From Chitinophagales bacterium (GTDB taxonomy: Bacteria; Bacteroidota; Bacteroidia; Chitinophagales; JADIYW01): a DNA stretch of 64,000 nucleotides. The stretch covers positions 1,634 through 65,633 of the forward strand of contig DATJBS010000024.1 in NCBI GenBank assembly GCA_035515235.1. The letters run 5' to 3'. Below are positions 25,603 to 35,516 of this stretch, piece after piece. Within the stretch, counting starts at the first letter, position 1, and each line of letters opens with the position of its first letter. A program made the translations under genes and the position numbers. The notes beneath the pieces were generated by a model. The model did not search any database and had not been told where the DNA came from. It was given only the letters and a program-made list of their open reading frames with translations.

Positions 25603-25658
25603 ACAATTTTTTTAACTTGTATCCGGATATTTAAGTCCGATATAAAATCTATAAAACT

Positions 25659-26096
25659 ATGCTATCAAAAAGTCAAGCTAGAACATTTTTTATAGGAGCC
25701 ACAGCAGTCAGTTTCCTCGCTTTCATTCTGCTGACGATTTATTCGATGTCTCCCAAAAATGATCAAACTAATCATGAAAAGATCACCCCTCAAGTCATAA
25801 AAGGAAAGCACTTGTGGGAGGCTAACAATTGTATGGGTTGTCATACTATCATGGGCGAAGGAGGATATTACGCACCAGAATTAACCAAAGTAATTGAACG
25901 TAAAGGTGCACCCTTAGTCAAAGCAATTCTTCAGATGCCAGTTCCATGGGCTCCAAATGGCCGTAAAATGGTCGCTTATGAAATGAGCGAAGAAGATGCT
26001 GATGCCCTTGTCGAGTATTTAAAATGGATAGGTGAACTCGATCTAAACGGTTTTGATCGAATTGTTTCTCCGCTAGCTAAAGAACCTTCAAACTAA
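25659..26096 (+). CDS. norC: nitric oxide reductase cytochrome c subunit
   Basis: N-terminal TM helix, a single CMGCH heme-c motif, ~145 aa, directly upstream of norB. Confidence 0.7.
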   Translation: MLSKSQARTFFIGATAVSFLAFILLTIYSMSPKNDQTNHEKITPQVIKGKHLWEANNCMGCHTIMGEGGYYAPELTKVIERKGAPLVKAILQMPVPWAPNGRKMVAYEMSEEDADALVEYLKWIGELDLNGFDRIVSPLAKEPSN

Positions 26097-26108
26097 AAAA
26101 CACAAATC

Positions 26109-27446
26109 ATGAAATATAGATCACAGAAAGTAGCGTATTGGTTCTTTGCACTTTGCATGCTCCTATTCGCTTTACAAATAGTTTATGGATTCGTCATGGG
26201 ATTTGCCAGAATAGGCATGGATGGATTACACGAGTTTATCCCTTTTAACACAGCGAGAGCTGTACATACTAATTTATTAGTTTTTTGGTTGCTATCAGGT
26301 TTTATGGGAGCAGCATATTATATCATACCCGAAGAGTCTCAGAATGAATTAGTGAGCGTCAAATGGGCTTATATCCAATTGATTTCATTTGCACTAGTAG
26401 GTGTTGCAGCAGTAGTAGGTTATCACTTTAATATCTGGGAAGGAAGAAAATTCTTGGAAATTCCTCGAGAGCTAGATTATCTAGTGGTAGTCAACGTACT
26501 ATTATTTCTCGGATTAATTCTGGCCACTTTATTTAAAGGTAAGCGAAGAACGACAACAGCTCTTGTATTAACTATGGGTCTTTTCTTTGCGGCACTTTTA
26601 TATTTACCTGGTATGATTTGGTTTGATAGCCAAGTAACAGATTCATTCTTCAGATGGTGGGTTGTTCATCTTTGGGTAGAAGGTGTTTGGGAATTAATCA
26701 TGGGAGGTATTTTAGCATTCTTATTGATCAAGTTGACAGGAGTGGACCGTGAAGTCATTGAAAAATGGTTGTATGTGATTATTGGAATTACATTCTTATC
26801 AGGAATTTTAGGAACAGGTCACCACTACTATTACATTGGAGTCAATAAAATTTGGTTAATCGTAGGTGGAATCTTCTCAAGCTTAGAACCTCTTGCATTC
26901 TTAGCCATGGCGTTATTCGCTGTATATATGTACAGAAAAGGAGAGAAATCTCATCCTAATAAAATTGCTTTATTCTGGACGATTGGTTCAGCTATAGTTT
27001 CTTTCGTAGGTGCAGGATTATTAGGTATGGCGCATTCATTGCCTCAAACTAACCTTTACACTCACGGTACTTTAGTGACTGCGATGCACGGGCACTATGC
27101 TTTCTGGGGAGCTTACGCTATGATTGTTTTGGCGATTATTAGTTATGCTTTACCTAATTTGACAGGTAGAAAACGCTATGATAACAGAAATGGACATTTA
27201 GCATTTTGGCTTTCAAATATTGGAATGTTAGGTATGGTCACTGCTTTAGGTGTGGCAGGAGTAGTACAAGTATATTTAGAGCGAAGACTTAAAATGGACT
27301 TTATGGTGGCTCAAAAAGAAGTAGAAATTCACTTTGTAGTCATGTTGATTTGTGCTACTGTTTTTGCAATAGGAATTATATTTTATATGTATGAGTTCAT
27401 CAAATATGGCTTGCCTACTGACGAAGCTTTAGAAGAGAATAATTAA
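26109..27446 (+). CDS. norB: nitric oxide reductase large subunit (heme-copper oxidase superfamily)
   Basis: Polytopic 445-aa protein with conserved His positions (HTNLL, HLWVEG, GHHYYY, HGHYAFWG). Flanked by norC, norQ and norD. Confidence 0.8.
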   Translation: MKYRSQKVAYWFFALCMLLFALQIVYGFVMGFARIGMDGLHEFIPFNTARAVHTNLLVFWLLSGFMGAAYYIIPEESQNELVSVKWAYIQLISFALVGVAAVVGYHFNIWEGRKFLEIPRELDYLVVVNVLLFLGLILATLFKGKRRTTTALVLTMGLFFAALLYLPGMIWFDSQVTDSFFRWWVVHLWVEGVWELIMGGILAFLLIKLTGVDREVIEKWLYVIIGITFLSGILGTGHHYYYIGVNKIWLIVGGIFSSLEPLAFLAMALFAVYMYRKGEKSHPNKIALFWTIGSAIVSFVGAGLLGMAHSLPQTNLYTHGTLVTAMHGHYAFWGAYAMIVLAIISYALPNLTGRKRYDNRNGHLAFWLSNIGMLGMVTALGVAGVVQVYLERRLKMDFMVAQKEVEIHFVVMLICATVFAIGIIFYMYEFIKYGLPTDEALEENN

Positions 27447-27466
27447 GATCACTGGAAATAATTGAT

Positions 27467-28273
27467 ATGGAAATTTTAACAGAAGAGGAAAAAGCTCTTA
27501 AACAAGTTCCTTATTATTTAGAAACAGCGAAAGAATCTGCAGTTTTTAAACATGCACATCAAAATAACCTGCCCCTTTTAATTAAGGGGCCTACAGGTAC
27601 TGGAAAATCTAGATTTGTCGAATATATGGCACATCAATTTGAGCAAGAATTGATTACCATCAGTTGTCATGAGGAAACTTCCGCTACCGACTTAATAGGA
27701 CGGTTTATTTTAAAAGGTATGGAAACCGTGTGGCAAGATGGACCACTCACAAAAGCTGTGAAAAATGGATCTATACTTTATTTAGATGAAGTAGCAGAAG
27801 CTCGGCCAGATATCATTGTTGCTATTCACTCTCTGACAGATCATAGAAGAGAATTGTATATTGACAAAACTGGCGAAACCGTCAAAGCTCACGAAGATTT
27901 TATGTTAGTAGCTTCTTATAATCCTGGATATCAAAAAGGATTTAAAGAATTGAAACCCTCTACTAGACAGCGTTTTGTGGCGATTAGCTTCAATTATCCT
28001 ATTGCAGAACAAGAAATTGAGATTTTAATTAAAGAAACAAAGATTGATTCTAAGATTGCAAAACAATTGGTGAACATCGGAAATAAAATTAGAAACTTAA
28101 CAGAATTAGGACTTGCAGAAACAGTTTCGACTAGACTTTTAGTAGATGCTGCTCTGCTCATTCATAGTGGTTTGCCGAAAAGATTATCGGTGGACGTAGC
28201 TATGATAGAACCTTTGACTGATGAGGACCAAACACTTCAAGCGTTGAAAGATTTAGCACATTTGATGATATAA
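27467..28273 (+). CDS. norQ: CbbQ/NirQ/NorQ family MoxR-type AAA+ ATPase
   Basis: Walker A GPTGTGKS, Walker B ILYLDEV. Size and context match. Confidence 0.8.
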   Translation: MEILTEEEKALKQVPYYLETAKESAVFKHAHQNNLPLLIKGPTGTGKSRFVEYMAHQFEQELITISCHEETSATDLIGRFILKGMETVWQDGPLTKAVKNGSILYLDEVAEARPDIIVAIHSLTDHRRELYIDKTGETVKAHEDFMLVASYNPGYQKGFKELKPSTRQRFVAISFNYPIAEQEIEILIKETKIDSKIAKQLVNIGNKIRNLTELGLAETVSTRLLVDAALLIHSGLPKRLSVDVAMIEPLTDEDQTLQALKDLAHLMI

Positions 28274-28305
28274 ATTGAATTTGTTATTGCCTTAAATTTA
28301 GCAAG

Positions 28306-30072
28306 ATGGGATTAGATATTGATGAATGGATTTACGGAGCTGCTGTTAAATTTTTTAAAAGGAAAAAAAAGAAAGCGTTTGATGATTTGACTCATAAAGT
28401 TGAATTAAAAGATATTAGACCAAGATTAACAATTTTGGCGAGAGCATTATGTGGCGAAGCCATAGAGATTTATCCTGCAGAAGAGGAAGGAGGTTATAAA
28501 GACAATATCTTTTTCTTGCCTTCTTCTTTTGCAGAATTTTCTACAATTGAAGAGAATACTTCCTTTTACTTATATCGTACTCTTTATTTATTTCAACAAA
28601 GAGAGCTTCGATTGAATTGGAAAGAAAAATCTATAGAATTAGCACTTTCAAGAGAAAAAGCCACTGAAAGTTCTACAGAGGTTTTAAAGCATTTGGCTAT
28701 AGATTTCCCAGAATTAATTTCGCTTCACGATAGATTAAAAGAACAATTTTTACAAAGAGAATTTCTTGAAGAAGTAGCATCCTATTGGTTGTACGGAAAA
28801 TGGATGTCGAATGATTTATTACCCAACAAATTCGATAATGCATTAGAAAATTTTGACGAGAATGAAAAAGCAAAAGAGGTCAATGATATTAAAACGGTCA
28901 TGGACGCTCCTGCGATAGAAGAGGTAGAAAGCTTAACTGTCGATAAAAAGCAGCAAGAAGATTATGTGTTGTTGCATAATTTTGAAAAAGTAGAAACGGC
29001 TGAAGAGACAGGTGGAGTTTGGCGAGACTTTGACGGACAAGATGAATTAAAAGAACATCAGAGTGCGTTGGAAGAATTGAAAATGAATCAAACTGTAAGA
29101 GTCGATAATGCTGTACATTCCATATTTAGAGCAGAATTTGTAGAAAACACCACAGTCCTAGAAAGTTCGGAGAAAGATTACGAAGGTTTTCATTATAAAT
29201 ACGATGAATGGGATTATTCTAATAGAAGTTATAAAAAAGATTTCTGTAGCGTATATCCTGCTTCTCCTTTTCAATCAAATCCCTCTTATTACCAAAAAAC
29301 AATAAAAGAGCACGCCACTATATTAATGGGGCTGCGAAAAATGATCACTTCTTTGAATAATAAAATGAAGTGGCAAAAAAGACAAAAGCAAGGTGAAGAG
29401 TTTGATTTAGATGCTCTATTAGACAGAAATATTGATATTCTGGCGGGCAAATCTCCTGATGAGAATATCTTCTATACCAAAAGGAAGACCGAAAAAGACA
29501 TTTCTATTTTATTACTCTTAGACATCAGTCTTTCTTCAGATGGCTACGCTTTAAATAATCGAATCATTGATGTAGAAAAAGATGTTTCAATACTATTTGG
29601 AGAAATATTAAATGAGTTCAATATTGATTTTGCAATAGATTGCTTTTACTCCAAAACTAGAAATTACGCTTCGTACATCAGTTTGAAAGAATTTGATGAG
29701 CCATGGAGTACCGGAAAAGATAAAATTGGTGGAATAGAACCTATAGGTTATACGAGAATCGGAACAGCATTAAGACATGCTGGTGCGAGAATTTCGGCAC
29801 GAGACACGAGCAAGAAATGGGTCATTCTCATCTCTGACGGTAAACCGAATGATTACGATAAATACGAAGGTAAATACGGTGTTCAAGATGTGAAACAAGC
29901 ACTGAGAGAATTGAACGAGAAAAATGTCCAGTCTTATGCTTTAGCAATTGAAGCACAAGCAAAATACTACCTACCTCAAATGTTCGGCAAAAATCACTAT
30001 CAAATTTTATCGAGTCCAAAAAACTTGATCGATAGCTTGGTGCATTTGTTTGTGAAGATTCAACATGGATAA
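28306..30072 (+). CDS. norD: NorD-like von Willebrand factor A domain protein
   Basis: C-terminal VWA domain with the MIDAS motif LLLDISLSSDG. Follows norQ. Confidence 0.7.
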   Translation: MGLDIDEWIYGAAVKFFKRKKKKAFDDLTHKVELKDIRPRLTILARALCGEAIEIYPAEEEGGYKDNIFFLPSSFAEFSTIEENTSFYLYRTLYLFQQRELRLNWKEKSIELALSREKATESSTEVLKHLAIDFPELISLHDRLKEQFLQREFLEEVASYWLYGKWMSNDLLPNKFDNALENFDENEKAKEVNDIKTVMDAPAIEEVESLTVDKKQQEDYVLLHNFEKVETAEETGGVWRDFDGQDELKEHQSALEELKMNQTVRVDNAVHSIFRAEFVENTTVLESSEKDYEGFHYKYDEWDYSNRSYKKDFCSVYPASPFQSNPSYYQKTIKEHATILMGLRKMITSLNNKMKWQKRQKQGEEFDLDALLDRNIDILAGKSPDENIFYTKRKTEKDISILLLLDISLSSDGYALNNRIIDVEKDVSILFGEILNEFNIDFAIDCFYSKTRNYASYISLKEFDEPWSTGKDKIGGIEPIGYTRIGTALRHAGARISARDTSKKWVILISDGKPNDYDKYEGKYGVQDVKQALRELNEKNVQSYALAIEAQAKYYLPQMFGKNHYQILSSPKNLIDSLVHLFVKIQHG

Positions 30073-30274
30073 GGGGAACTTTGACTCATATCCCAAGTCC
30101 ATTTTCATTATTATGGATGAGATAATAAAGACTCGATAAGTTATTTCCTATATTTTTTCTGCCCATTTTATAGTTTTCTTATTTTTACTTTTTTACAAAA
30201 TTTTGAATAATTGAGCCTAAAATTTCAGAATAACTACTACAAGTTTACAATCTTGGGATTATGCTTCACAAGGC

Positions 30275-30826
30275 ATGTATTTTATTACGATATGCACAAA
30301 AGATCGATTGCATTTTTTCGGAGAGATAACCAATGGTGAAATGAATTTTTCAGAAATAGGAAAAATCGTTGAAACAGAATGGATAAAAACACCAGAAATC
30401 AGATTTGATATGAATTTAGAATTGGGCGAATTTGTGATTATGCCCAATCATTTTCATGCAATCATCATTATTGGCAAAAATGAATACAATGCCAATACCA
30501 ATTCCATTCCCAACCCCAACACCGTCATTGGTAGAGGCGCAATGCATTGCGCCTCTACCAATGACGATGGCGTCCCAACCGATGATGGGGATAATGGTGG
30601 AAATCAATTCGGACCGCAATCCAAAAATTTGGCTTCGATTATTCGTGGATTTAAATCATCTGTAACGACCTATGCTAGAAAAAATAATTTATCTTTTAAT
30701 TGGCAACCTCGGTTTCACGACCATATCATTCGATCAATGAATGATTACCATAGGATGTTAAATTATATCCTGACTAATCCTCAAAACTGGAATGAAGACT
30801 CTTTCAATAATATCCAAGATGTGTGA
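30275..30826 (+). CDS. IS200/IS605-type Y1 transposase homologue (REP-associated tyrosine transposase, RAYT-like), probably lacking its native N-terminus
   Basis: YFITICTKDRLHFFG, MPNHFHAIII (HUH motif), and a C-terminal Tyr region YHRMLNYILTNP. The frame is open upstream to 30221 and encodes ...SWDYASQG, homologous to the usual N-terminus, but with no ATG. Contains the 44-bp palindrome. Confidence 0.7.
   Translation: MYFITICTKDRLHFFGEITNGEMNFSEIGKIVETEWIKTPEIRFDMNLELGEFVIMPNHFHAIIIIGKNEYNANTNSIPNPNTVIGRGAMHCASTNDDGVPTDDGDNGGNQFGPQSKNLASIIRGFKSSVTTYARKNNLSFNWQPRFHDHIIRSMNDYHRMLNYILTNPQNWNEDSFNNIQDV
30523..30566. repeat. 44-bp perfect palindrome inside the RAYT-like gene
   Basis: CGTCATTGGTAGAGGCGCAATG|CATTGCGCCTCTACCAATGACG, verified base by base. 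It encodes GRGAMHCASTND on both strands, which produces the shadow ORF at 30416-30619. Confidence 0.95.
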
Positions 30827-30941
30827 TGATATTGAATAGAAAATAAACTAACAAAGCTGAAACTATTCCTAGTGTTCTTCCCCCAAAAACAAAAAATGCT
30901 GAAGTTTCCTCCAGCGTTTTTCATTATGATATAATTCACTT

Positions 30942-33002
30942 TTAATTTTTTACAGGAAGGAAATTGTATTCTTTGCCATATTCTAACATTTGGTCAAAGA
31001 AGGAATCGGGATAAGAGATTTTCACATCTTTAATATTTCCTTTTTTATCATGAATCGCTTCTAATTTAGGTTGGATAAAGCCTTTGTATGGTTTGATGTT
31101 TAATACATCGTATCTAGCTATGACTTCTTGATGAAGTTTTGGGTCGACTTTTACGCCGTAAGTTTCTACTAGATTTTTTCCAGCTTCATAATCACCTTCT
31201 GATTTGATTCTTTGGATTTCTCTTAGTAAATCACCGAATAATATTCTCAATTTATCATAGTCATTGACTTGAACATAAGTTTTATTGTCTTTTTTGATAA
31301 ACTCTACTACATTTTCAGCTTTCCCTTTTTCATACACCCAATAGGCATTCAATGCTCTATTGCGCATATGAGCTTCCTCGATTTCATCGCCTAATTTGAT
31401 TCTTGTTAATTGTGTCATTAAGCCGTTCATCATATAACTGTCGTATTCTGCTTTCCCTACTTCTATAGATGGCATCACTCCAATTTCTACGAGTTTCGGG
31501 TCTATTGCATAATATAAAGCCACTAAATCTGCTCTAGCTTCTTCTAATGTAGAAGCATAATTTTTTAAAGTTTTGTCAGGTGTGCCGATTCCAGGATTGA
31601 TTTGTCCGGAAGCGTGGCCGATACATTCATGCATATCTGTGTGAAGGTCGCTAGACAAATTCCCGTACTTTTTTATTCTCTTCAAAACTTCCTGATTGAC
31701 AGCAAATTCATCTAAAAACCCTGAGCTGGTACTAGTCGTGTTATAAGCGGCTACAATATTTCCTAATGAAACAGATTTAGAACCATATACTTTTCTCAAC
31801 CATTCAGAGTTCGGTAAGTTGATACCAATAGGAGTCGTAGGAGCAGCATCACCAGATTCCATCACTACATTAATGACTTTTGCATTGATGCCGACAACTT
31901 TTTGCTTTTTATGTTCAGGTATAAGTGGAGAATTATCCTCAAACCATTGTGCTTCATTGGCGATTGCTTCAATTCTTTTAGACGCTTCAAAATCTTTAAT
32001 CGAAACTATAGACTCATAACTCCCTTTGATTCCTAAAGCATCATTATATACTTCTATAAATCCATTGGTAAAATCGACTACTGTTTCAGTGATTTGCAAC
32101 CATTCGATATTGTATTCGTCCCATAATTTCAAATCGCCAGTTTTGTAATATTCGACTAATATCTTTAAAGCTTTAGCTTGTCTAGGACTTTCTGCAAATG
32201 GTATTGCTTTTTCTAACCAATAAATACTTTTGTCAATAGCAGGTCCATACATTCCTCCAGATTTCCATACTTTCTCCTGAATTTCCCCGTTTGCTTTTAA
32301 AAGTTTGGAATTCAAACCCCATTCAGGCTCGTGATCAGAGTTAGGGAAAGTAGAGTAAAATTGTTCAACCTCCTCAGCTGTAACTCCTTCGTAAAAGTTG
32401 TTGGCAGAATTCGTGACGTGATCAATATCTTTAGTAAGCGTGACCATTTTAGACATATAATTCTTGTCGAAAATCACTTTTTTCATTTTATCTATAAATG
32501 CATCTACAGATTCACCTTCAGCTAGAGGTAAGCTTTTGCTATCTGAATTTCTAATAAATTCAGAGAAATATTCAAAAGTAAATTCTGGTAATATTTTGTC
32601 ATTAGAGTAATGATGATGAATACCATTGCTAAACCAAACTCTGCCTGCATAAGTAAGTAATTCGTCCCAGTTTTTACCTGATTTCTCTCCTTTATAGGTA
32701 TGGATGATGGTTTCTAATGTTTTTCTGATAGTGAGATTATAGGGATTTCTTTGGTCGTAAATGATATCTCTACCCGCTAGTGAAGCTTCAGATAAATAGT
32801 AAGCCAAAGTTTTTTGCTGTAATGTCAATTGATTCCATCCAGGCACCTCATATTGTATGATTTGTAAATCGGCAAAAGTATTAGGATAGGAAGTATTGTT
32901 AGAATTGGATACATTTTTTGTTCCACTACAAGACAAAGTGAAAATTACAGTAGCCATTAATATTAAAATGTTGGAAGCTTTTTTCATGTAGGATCGTTTC
33001 AA
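30942..33002 (-). CDS. dipeptidyl-peptidase III (M49 family) lipoprotein
   Basis: HECIGH (HExxGH) and EEARAD zinc-binding motifs. Lipobox LSCSG. Confidence 0.8.
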   Translation of the reverse strand: MKRSYMKKASNILILMATVIFTLSCSGTKNVSNSNNTSYPNTFADLQIIQYEVPGWNQLTLQQKTLAYYLSEASLAGRDIIYDQRNPYNLTIRKTLETIIHTYKGEKSGKNWDELLTYAGRVWFSNGIHHHYSNDKILPEFTFEYFSEFIRNSDSKSLPLAEGESVDAFIDKMKKVIFDKNYMSKMVTLTKDIDHVTNSANNFYEGVTAEEVEQFYSTFPNSDHEPEWGLNSKLLKANGEIQEKVWKSGGMYGPAIDKSIYWLEKAIPFAESPRQAKALKILVEYYKTGDLKLWDEYNIEWLQITETVVDFTNGFIEVYNDALGIKGSYESIVSIKDFEASKRIEAIANEAQWFEDNSPLIPEHKKQKVVGINAKVINVVMESGDAAPTTPIGINLPNSEWLRKVYGSKSVSLGNIVAAYNTTSTSSGFLDEFAVNQEVLKRIKKYGNLSSDLHTDMHECIGHASGQINPGIGTPDKTLKNYASTLEEARADLVALYYAIDPKLVEIGVMPSIEVGKAEYDSYMMNGLMTQLTRIKLGDEIEEAHMRNRALNAYWVYEKGKAENVVEFIKKDNKTYVQVNDYDKLRILFGDLLREIQRIKSEGDYEAGKNLVETYGVKVDPKLHQEVIARYDVLNIKPYKGFIQPKLEAIHDKKGNIKDVKISYPDSFFDQMLEYGKEYNFLPVKN

Positions 33003-33431
33003 TTTTAAACCTCAATTTATAAGTTTTGTTTTATAAATGCTTTTAAGTTGGGGATAATAGGAAAATTCATTTTTATTATTTTAAAGTTTTAATGGATTAA
33101 AATGATGTTAAGAAGGTTTGTCTGTATTAGTTTTGTGTGAATAATACGGTTTTGTAAAAATGTTATTTTGTATTAAAATGGCATATTTCTAATTCTTTTT
33201 TGCAGAATAATTCAATTATTCAATATTAAATTTAATCTTTAGGCACGAATATGGATAAAGAGTAAATATTGAACTGCAATTACATAAAACTTCCTTAATC
33301 TTTTCTAAACAGTAAAAATATATCCTCTAAAAGAAGGAGATTATTACATTTGTTTGTAAAAACCTTAGGATTAATAAAATTTACAATTATTTTTACCGAC
33401 ATCAAAAAAAACAAAACAAAAAACAAACGGT

Positions 33432-34250
33432 ATGGCTCAAGCAAAACCAGCTCAACAAGCTAAGCAAGGTGGTGGATTTAAGCTCCCTTCAGGATTAATT
33501 ATCCTTGTTGCTTTCATTGCATCGGAATTAATTTTCCATTTAATTTTTGGCGCAGAATCCAACTTTACAGCACCAGACAAAGTAACTCCTAAAGAAGGAA
33601 ACTATTTGGGTGTAGTATATCATGGTGGTTTCGTAGTTCCATTCTTGATGGCGATGTTCATGACAGTAGTTGCAATCAGTATTGAAAGATACTTATCTAT
33701 TGGAAAAGCATCAGGATCAGGAAAAACAGCAGACTTCTTAAAAGCGCTTAAAGTCAATCTTAACAACGGAAATATCAGCGGTGCAATTGCTGCATGTGAT
33801 AAACAAAAAGGTTCTGTTGCAAACGTAGTACAAGCAGGTCTTCATAAATACGAAGAAATGCAGACTAACACAAAATTGACTACAGAGCAAAAAGTGTTGA
33901 ACATTTCTAAAGAGTTAGAAGAAGCTACTACACTTGAGTTGCCTATGCTACAAAAGAATTTATCTATTCTTGCTACACTTGCATCAGTATCTACATTGAT
34001 CGCATTGTTCGGTACAGTATTAGGTATGATTCGTGCGTTTGCGGCACTTGCAGTTGCAGGTGCACCAGATCCAGGAAAATTAGCAACAGGTATTTCTGAG
34101 GCTTTGATCAATACAGCAATTGGTATTTTTACTTCTGCTATATCGATTATTAGCTACAACTATTTTACTGGAATGATTGATGATTTGACTTTCTCTATCG
34201 ATGAGATTGGTTTCAGTATCACTCAAACTTTCGCAGCAAATAATAACTAA
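33432..34250 (+). CDS. exbB: MotA/TolQ/ExbB proton channel protein
   Basis: Three TM segments and the C-terminal GISEALINTAIGI signature. Followed by two exbD genes and tonB. Confidence 0.85.
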   Translation: MAQAKPAQQAKQGGGFKLPSGLIILVAFIASELIFHLIFGAESNFTAPDKVTPKEGNYLGVVYHGGFVVPFLMAMFMTVVAISIERYLSIGKASGSGKTADFLKALKVNLNNGNISGAIAACDKQKGSVANVVQAGLHKYEEMQTNTKLTTEQKVLNISKELEEATTLELPMLQKNLSILATLASVSTLIALFGTVLGMIRAFAALAVAGAPDPGKLATGISEALINTAIGIFTSAISIISYNYFTGMIDDLTFSIDEIGFSITQTFAANNN

Positions 34251-34269
34251 TCCAAACAATCTCTGAAGA

Positions 34270-34902
34270 ATGCCAAAAGTAAAAATACCACGTAAAAGTA
34301 TAATAGTGGACATGACAGCCATGACGGATGTTGCGTTCCTATTACTTACTTTTTTCATTCTTACAGCAAAATTCCGTCCATCTGAAACTGTATTAGTAGA
34401 TACTCCCTCTTCAAGAGCCACTGAACAAGTAGCAGAAGATATTATCATGATTACAGTAGACCAAGACGGAGGTTCATTCTTAACGTTATATACAACGAGA
34501 AGAGTGGCGACATTAAATAGTTTGATTGAAAGATATGGCGAAAAGTATCCTTCTTTAAGAACTCTGGATCAAAAGCAAATTAATAATTTTGGAAACATTG
34601 AGACCTTTGGTTATAATATCAATCAGCTTCCAGCATTATTAAAATTGAGTAAGGACGAATTAAAAGAAAAGGAATCTGAGAAAATGCCAGGAATCCCAAT
34701 GGACTCTGTTGATGCTCAAATTGGAGATTGGGTCAATGCTGCAAGAGCCACAGGCTTGGACGCAGGACTTGAGATTCCTATAGCAATCAAAGGAGATAAA
34801 TCATCTAATGTCACTGCTGTTAAGGATATTATAGAAACTCTTAGAAAAAGAGAAATCTATAGATTTAACCTCATCACTTCATTAGAAGGAAAAATTGATT
34901 AA
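34270..34902 (+). CDS. exbD: ExbD/TolR biopolymer transport protein (long form)
   Basis: DMTAMTDVAFLLLTFFIL TM signature. Confidence 0.8.
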   Translation: MPKVKIPRKSIIVDMTAMTDVAFLLLTFFILTAKFRPSETVLVDTPSSRATEQVAEDIIMITVDQDGGSFLTLYTTRRVATLNSLIERYGEKYPSLRTLDQKQINNFGNIETFGYNINQLPALLKLSKDELKEKESEKMPGIPMDSVDAQIGDWVNAARATGLDAGLEIPIAIKGDKSSNVTAVKDIIETLRKREIYRFNLITSLEGKID

Positions 34903-34921
34903 TCTTAAAATCAAGATATAA

Positions 34922-35473
34922 ATGGCACAATTAGATACTTCCGGAGGAGGTGGACGTCATGAAAGTAAGCTGAAAGCCAAAAAAATGTCAACAAACGTTG
35001 ACTTAACACCGATGGTGGACTTGGCATTTCTTTTGATTACTTTCTTCATGTTGACGACTACCATGTCAAAACCGGTAGCCATGCAGCTTGCAATGCCAAA
35101 ACCTATAGAGGATTCTACAAAAGACAAAGGAGAAGATGTAAAAGCATCTCAAGTTTTGACCATCATCTTAGATAAAGACGATGTCATCTGGTACTACGAA
35201 GGTATTCCAGAAGAACTGACTCCAGCGACTTTAGAGAAAACAACTTATGCCCCTAATGGAATTAGACAACTGATTTTGGATAAACAAGCAAAAGTCAATG
35301 CTCAATTTCAAGAACCCGACAAAACAATTTGTCTTATTAAAACTACGAATGACGCAGTGTATAAGAACATAGTGGATGTGCTGGATGAAATGGACATTAC
35401 TAAAACAAAGATTTTTGCTATTCAAAACATGTCTGAAGTTGAAACCCAGGCAGTAGCAGCTAAATGGCAATAA
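34922..35473 (+). CDS. exbD: ExbD/TolR biopolymer transport protein
   Basis: DLTPMVDLAFLLITFFML TM signature. Confidence 0.8.
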   Translation: MAQLDTSGGGGRHESKLKAKKMSTNVDLTPMVDLAFLLITFFMLTTTMSKPVAMQLAMPKPIEDSTKDKGEDVKASQVLTIILDKDDVIWYYEGIPEELTPATLEKTTYAPNGIRQLILDKQAKVNAQFQEPDKTICLIKTTNDAVYKNIVDVLDEMDITKTKIFAIQNMSEVETQAVAAKWQ

Positions 35474-35516
35474 ATACTAATCAGCAAGTTGAATACGTTA
35501 TAAACAAAAAGAATAT

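Noticed and set aside
27467-30072. MoxR-type AAA+ ATPase plus VWA protein as a stand-alone conflict-type pair.
   Set aside because: They sit directly after the norC and norB homologues and behind an Rrf2 regulator. NorQ/NorD maturation factors are the parsimonious reading.
30416-30665. Two extra ORFs (a 67-aa minus-strand ORF at 30416-30619 and a 69-aa plus-strand ORF at 30456-30665) overlapping the RAYT-like gene.
   Set aside because: The minus-strand ORF 30416-30619 is the one generated by the 44-bp palindrome, which reads as the same peptide on both strands. The plus-strand ORF 30456-30665 is an alternate-frame ORF through the flanking low-complexity sequence. Neither is an independent gene.
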